From the NCBI GenBank assembly GCA_048940645.1, contig JBHLOI010000081.1, forward strand, positions 1 to 12,328: a stretch of DNA of 12,328 bases. The letters run 5' to 3'. Positions 8,123 to 12,328 of the stretch are shown here, piece by piece. A program made the translations under genes and the position numbers. The notes beneath the pieces were generated by a model. The model made no database searches. It had not been told where the DNA came from and was given only the letters and a program-made list of their open reading frames with translations. Origin of the DNA: Promethearchaeota archaeon (lineage in GTDB: Archaea; Asgardarchaeota; Lokiarchaeia; Sigyniarchaeales; SOKP01). Each line of letters starts with the position of its first letter. Positions within the stretch are counted from its first letter, which is position 1.

Positions 8123-8881
8123 TCACCATCGTATTTTTGGTTTCGAGAATCTATAAAAGAGTGCTTTGTTTTTTATTAGATTTTTAGAGAGATTAATAAG
8201 ACTTAAAAAGTTTACCAAATTTGAGGTATAATCCTTAGATATTGGCCCTAAACATCCTTCACATGGTATTCCAAGTTCAATACATATATGATCGCAGCCC
8301 TCCCTAGTTATTGGTCCTAAGCATAAAATTCCATTATTTAAAAAGCAATTTGAATTTTCATCAAGAGCTGCTATCTCATCACCAGTAGGATTTAATTTAT
8401 AAATTGTTTTTTCAAAATGAATATTATTATTTCTTCTTAGAGGGCATGATGAGCATAGATTTTTTTCCGATAATTTTATTTCTTTATTTTCTATTAATCT
8501 TATTAAACAATTTCCTATAAGCTTTAAAGGAGGAGGACAACCAGGTATAATACCATCGATTTGGATAATATCTGATATTGCGCCTGCTTTTTTCTTTTCA
8601 GATAAACTTAAAATTCCCCCAAATGCTGCACAAGTACCTAGAGCATATACTTTTTTTGCATTATTTCTAATATCTTTTAATAATTCAATTTGTGAATCCA
8701 TCGAAATACAACCTTCTATTAAAGCGATATCGCATTCTTCAATTTTATTCTCATCAGAGATAAAGGGAAAGTAAGAAACTTTTACTCTTTCTAAAAACTG
8801 AGGAAATATATCACTTGAGATTAATTTAGAGATACATCCACTACAGGACGTCAGTGATGCGATTAAGATTTTAAGTTTCAA
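8123..8881 (-). CDS. mvhG: [NiFe]-hydrogenase small subunit (MvhG-like)
   Basis: Proximal-cluster motifs CSGC, GTCAAFGG and PGCPP. Medial/distal motifs CSSC, CFL...CLGPITREGC-x3-C-x6-CEGCLGP. TTG start with GGAGG SD at 8891-8895. Overlaps the upstream gene by 11 nt. Confidence 0.92.
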   Translation of the reverse strand: MKLKILIASLTSCSGCISKLISSDIFPQFLERVKVSYFPFISDENKIEECDIALIEGCISMDSQIELLKDIRNNAKKVYALGTCAAFGGILSLSEKKKAGAISDIIQIDGIIPGCPPPLKLIGNCLIRLIENKEIKLSEKNLCSSCPLRRNNNIHFEKTIYKLNPTGDEIAALDENSNCFLNNGILCLGPITREGCDHICIELGIPCEGCLGPISKDYTSNLVNFLSLINLSKNLIKNKALFYRFSKPKIRW

Positions 8882-11417
8882 ATCTAATTTCCTCCGTTAA
8901 TATGTTATAAAATTTATTTATTGTATTTGTAAATTTGGAACCTTCTACAGCATTCAGATTTTTTATAATAATCCTCCTACTTAATCGGGGACTTAATATT
9001 TTCTTTAACAATTTTACTTTTTTCTGAACTTTTTGAATTCCATCGATATATCTGCATGCATCTATTCTACATCCAATTACCATTACACCATCAAATCCAA
9101 ACTCAAAAGATTTAAGGATAAATTCTGTATCAATACGTCCTGTGCATGGAACTTTAATTATAAACACATTTGGATGATAGAATAATTTCTTTAATCCCGC
9201 ATCATCTGCAGCAGCATAGCCACAAGATTTACAGCAGAAAGCAAGAATCATTGGCTTTTTATTAAATTTAGAAAAAATTTCTATCGTTTTAAGTATTTTT
9301 TTGGAAGTATCAATATTCAAATCAATAGCATTTGTAGGACACACACTTACACATGATCCACAGCCTTTACATTTAAACTTATCGATATTTATTTTATCTC
9401 CTCCGATTACTATGGCATTATATGGACAAGATACTACGCATAATCCACATAACCCACACTTTTCTTCATTTATTTTAATTCCTGTAAATTCTGATACTAA
9501 GTAGTCATTTGAAAGAAGAAAGATTATTTCTAAGGCTGTTTGGTTTGTTGTTGAAATTGTAGATTTATAATTTAATGGCCCAAAAATCGTACCAACGCCA
9601 TAAATACCAGATGCTAATGTTTCTCTACTCATAAAACCATTATCATCTAAAGAAAAGTCCATGTATTTTCGAAGAGTTTTTAAGTCTTTGTTGGGAATAT
9701 ACTTAAGGTTTAATACTATCAAATCACTTGGAAATTCAGTACCGTCAGCAACAATATAGTTAATATCTTTATTATACTTAACAGAAATATGATTAGCGTA
9801 AATAAAACTAGAATTAGTTGATCGTAATAAAATCTGATCCTTATCATTTAATTTACTCAAATCATAAAAAACATTAACTTTACATTTACTATTTCTTATT
9901 TTAATATCCTCAATATATTTTTGTGCTAAAATTTCAGAGTAATCTGAGAGTAATTTTGAAGGTCCGACTTCTTGAACAATAGAAACCGAATTAACTGGTT
10001 TATTATCTGATATCCTTAATAGTTTCCCTTCTGTAATACCATCAGAAGATAATATACGCTCAAATTCAGGTGAAGTAATAATATTATTTTGAGGATTATA
10101 ATTATAATCCTTTAAATTCTCACTAAAATCTGCCCCGATAGCTATAACTTTTACACCAACCTTAATTCGAACTTTTTCTGGTTTTTTGTTTAAATTAATT
10201 GCATTATTAATACAAGCTCGTTCACAAATCCTGCAATCGAGACAATCTTCAATATCTTCGTCTTCAATCAAAGGGATATATGGATATGAATTCTGAAAAG
10301 GGATATATATAACTTTTCGAAGTGATAAACCGAAATCGAATTGATTCATTTTCTCCTTACCACAGACATTAATGCATTGTTTACAACCGGTACATTTTTT
10401 TTCATCTACATATCTAGGTTTTTTAATAAATTCAATCGTAAAATTTCCCACTTCTCCTGAGATAGTTTCAATTTCGCTATTTGTAAATATATTGATATTT
10501 TTTTCTTTAACTATTTCTCCAATCAATTCTGAAGTGAAACAAATAGAACAATCACCCATCTCAGAGATACGGTGCCATCTAGCCACTTTGCCTCCCAATG
10601 TTGGTGATTTTTCAATAAGATATACTTTTATTCCTGCTTTTGATAAATTCAGTGCTAAAGTCATACCTGCAATACCACCTCCTATTATTGCACAAGCTTT
10701 CTCAACTTCTACCGTTTTAATTTTAACTTCCTTTTGAAGTTTTACACGCTCAATTCCAGCTTCTATTAATAACTCTGTTTTTCTTAGAATTAGATCTGCA
10801 CTAACTTTTTCAAGATTTGAATCATGAACCCAACAGCATTGCTCCCTTATATTAGCAATTTCTATATTTGTATGTTCAATCACATCTTTAAAAATACGTT
10901 CAAAAATATGTTGGTGGGTTTTAGGAGAACAAGCTGCAATTACTACTTTATTTAGAAAATTTTGTTTTGCCCAAGATGAGATTTTATTTAAATTCTTTTC
11001 TTGACATAAATTATCAAATATCTTGACAGAAACAACATCATTCAACTTTGTTATATACTTCTCTAAGATTTTAATGTTAATAACATTAGAAATTTCAGTA
11101 TTACAATTACAGATTATTACGCCTATACGATTTATTATACTTCCCTTTTTATCCAAATATTCTAATTCCTCACCTGATAAAATGCGTTTGTTTAAACTTA
11201 TTATATTTAATACTCGTCTACCATCTTCTGTTAAAAAATAAGATCTTTTATCTTTACTAATCAATGACCCAAGTTTTTTTAAATGGAAATTTAATTGCCC
11301 CGTTTGGTCTAATCCCAATTTTTCCATTAAATCGGTGTAAGGAATGAATCCCTCTCTCTCTAAAAGTAATAGAATCTTTCTACGAAAAGGATGTGATAAT
11401 ATAGAGTAAATATTCAT
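8871..11417 (-). CDS. Fusion protein: ArsR-like wHTH + degenerate heterodisulfide reductase A (HdrA) + MvhD
   Basis: aa 1-~80 wHTH (LSHPFRRKILLLL...YTDLMEKLG...GQLNFHLKKL...YFLTEDG). HdrA N-domain (RIGVIICNC, AACSP, NIREQCCWVH). FAD Rossmann GGGIAG at aa 246, then DCSIC, an inserted 2x[4Fe-4S] ferredoxin, EFER, and a C-terminal 2x[4Fe-4S] ferredoxin. MvhD from about aa 722 (FCCKSCGY, VPCTGR, DGVMVIGC-x4-CRY). Confidence 0.93.
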   Translation of the reverse strand: MNIYSILSHPFRRKILLLLEREGFIPYTDLMEKLGLDQTGQLNFHLKKLGSLISKDKRSYFLTEDGRRVLNIISLNKRILSGEELEYLDKKGSIINRIGVIICNCNTEISNVINIKILEKYITKLNDVVSVKIFDNLCQEKNLNKISSWAKQNFLNKVVIAACSPKTHQHIFERIFKDVIEHTNIEIANIREQCCWVHDSNLEKVSADLILRKTELLIEAGIERVKLQKEVKIKTVEVEKACAIIGGGIAGMTLALNLSKAGIKVYLIEKSPTLGGKVARWHRISEMGDCSICFTSELIGEIVKEKNINIFTNSEIETISGEVGNFTIEFIKKPRYVDEKKCTGCKQCINVCGKEKMNQFDFGLSLRKVIYIPFQNSYPYIPLIEDEDIEDCLDCRICERACINNAINLNKKPEKVRIKVGVKVIAIGADFSENLKDYNYNPQNNIITSPEFERILSSDGITEGKLLRISDNKPVNSVSIVQEVGPSKLLSDYSEILAQKYIEDIKIRNSKCKVNVFYDLSKLNDKDQILLRSTNSSFIYANHISVKYNKDINYIVADGTEFPSDLIVLNLKYIPNKDLKTLRKYMDFSLDDNGFMSRETLASGIYGVGTIFGPLNYKSTISTTNQTALEIIFLLSNDYLVSEFTGIKINEEKCGLCGLCVVSCPYNAIVIGGDKINIDKFKCKGCGSCVSVCPTNAIDLNIDTSKKILKTIEIFSKFNKKPMILAFCCKSCGYAAADDAGLKKLFYHPNVFIIKVPCTGRIDTEFILKSFEFGFDGVMVIGCRIDACRYIDGIQKVQKKVKLLKKILSPRLSRRIIIKNLNAVEGSKFTNTINKFYNILTEEIRFET

Positions 11418-11762
11418 TTCAAAATCCTCTCTCTTTCGCTTTTATTATATTTTTTTTTTAAATTTTTAAATTTTGATAAATTTATTTTTCTTCATGATAA
11501 TGATTATTATCGAATTATTTAAATCTTTGTGAAATATTGATCATATAATTTATGAGATTCATAACTCACATTATGGATATTAGTCATTTTTCTGTTAATT
11601 TTAGATATAACTAAAAAAATTGTCCTATTAGGATTCTTGATTAAAAGATTTATCAAATTTAAAGAAATTATTCTTGTCAAATTCTTTTTATTTTGGTAAA
11701 ATAGTCATTTACTTAGAAAGTAAATTACTTGTAAATTTAAACTTAAAGAGGTGTATAGCTTA
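11418..11762. promoter_or_regulatory. Divergent promoter region between the wHTH-hdrA-mvhDGA operon and the next gene
   Basis: 345-bp very AT-rich gap. SD-like GAGAGG before ATG 11417 and GAGGTG (11748-11753) before ATG 11763. Contains several palindromes (see findings). Confidence 0.6.
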
Positions 11763-12328
11763 ATGGAAGTTTTGGAATTTAAGCCAATAAGAAACAAAAA
11801 AATCGTAGTGTATATGTCATCTAAAGAGAATGCTAAATATTTCCAAAATACTGATAACTCTAAACTTATAGAATTTTTAAAAAAAAAAAATATTGACTTT
11901 GTGACTGTTGATTTTCAGGTTGATATAAAAGAATTTAGAACAACACCATTTGCTCAAACATTAAATCAACTTGACATACCATATTTTCAATTAGATATTC
12001 CAGATTATGCTATGGGATATCTATATCAGGAAATTATTGAAAAACAACAATTTCAAAATGAATTATTTGAAGAATATGAAAATATGGAGGATAAAGAATC
12101 GTTTAAAGGGCTTAGTTTAAAAAATTGGATAGATATGTTGAGAGAAGAAATTCAGGAAAAAGAAATTTTTCTTAGTTTAAAATTGAGACCTCAATGGATT
12201 GTTAAAAAAATGTTAGATTTAGCATTATCGTACAAGAAAGATAATGTGGCATTTGTTCATTTTGTTCAAGAAGATATCTGTGAAGATATTTGTCCACAAG
12301 TAGTTGAAAATTTAAGAGAATTAAATGT
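11763..12328 (+). CDS. Hypothetical protein, truncated by the right edge
   Basis: Not in the ORF track. Open from ATG 11763 for 188 codons: MEVLEFKPIRNKKIVVYMSS...DFVTVDF...LDIPDYAMGYL...NWIDMLREEI...LRPQWIVKKMLD...AFVHFVQEDICEDICPQVVENLRELN. Strong SD upstream. Confidence 0.85.
   Translation, partial: MEVLEFKPIRNKKIVVYMSSKENAKYFQNTDNSKLIEFLKKKNIDFVTVDFQVDIKEFRTTPFAQTLNQLDIPYFQLDIPDYAMGYLYQEIIEKQQFQNELFEEYENMEDKESFKGLSLKNWIDMLREEIQEKEIFLSLKLRPQWIVKKMLDLALSYKKDNVAFVHFVQEDICEDICPQVVENLRELN

Noticed and set aside
9301-11241. Three plus-strand ORFs (9301-9504, 10372-10737, 11023-11241)
   Set aside because: Antisense shadows of the wHTH-HdrA-MvhD gene.
6721-11417. Selenocysteine recoding or SECIS in HdrA, MvhD or the hydrogenase
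   Set aside because: The usual Sec positions (HdrA DCxxC, MvhD Cys, L2 DPC) are ordinary Cys with no in-frame TGA. The lost HdrA Cys are sense substitutions. The TGA ending mvhG (8123-8125) is followed by six codons and another stop, and doubles as the SD of the next gene.
8871-11417. Calling the HdrA-like gene a pseudogene or a methanogenesis marker
   Set aside because: The 848-codon frame is intact with selective motif retention. HdrA/Mvh occur widely in non-methanogens and nothing else here indicates methanogenesis.
1-12328. CRISPR arrays, tRNA/rRNA, IS elements, integrases
   Set aside because: No regularly spaced repeats, GC-rich structured RNA, or transposase/integrase motifs seen by eye.

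Overview
AT-rich archaeal DNA. The gene style and content suggest an Asgard (Lokiarchaeia/Promethearchaeota-like) origin, but this is inference only. From left to right: the 5' end of a probable GYD-domain gene, two small Zn-ribbon genes and a small wHTH-like gene, a stand-alone FMN-binding glutamate-synthase-family gene, oligoendopeptidase F, a fused GMP synthase (guaA), a tightly coupled minus-strand three-gene operon, and a divergent truncated hypothetical gene. The operon is the standout. It encodes (i) an ArsR-like winged-helix domain fused to a degenerate HdrA and MvhD, (ii) an MvhG-like small subunit and (iii) a group 3 [NiFe]-hydrogenase large subunit. The large subunit has two traits of bacterial H2-sensing hydrogenases: Gln replaces the conserved His in motif L1 (RICGLCHASQ), and there is no cleavable C-terminal extension (DPCISCATH-stop). 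The HdrA part has lost all four Cys of the cluster that passes electrons to HdrBC, and no hdrBC lies next to it. My inference is that an Mvh-Hdr electron-bifurcating module has been repurposed as a one-component H2/redox-sensing transcription regulator.
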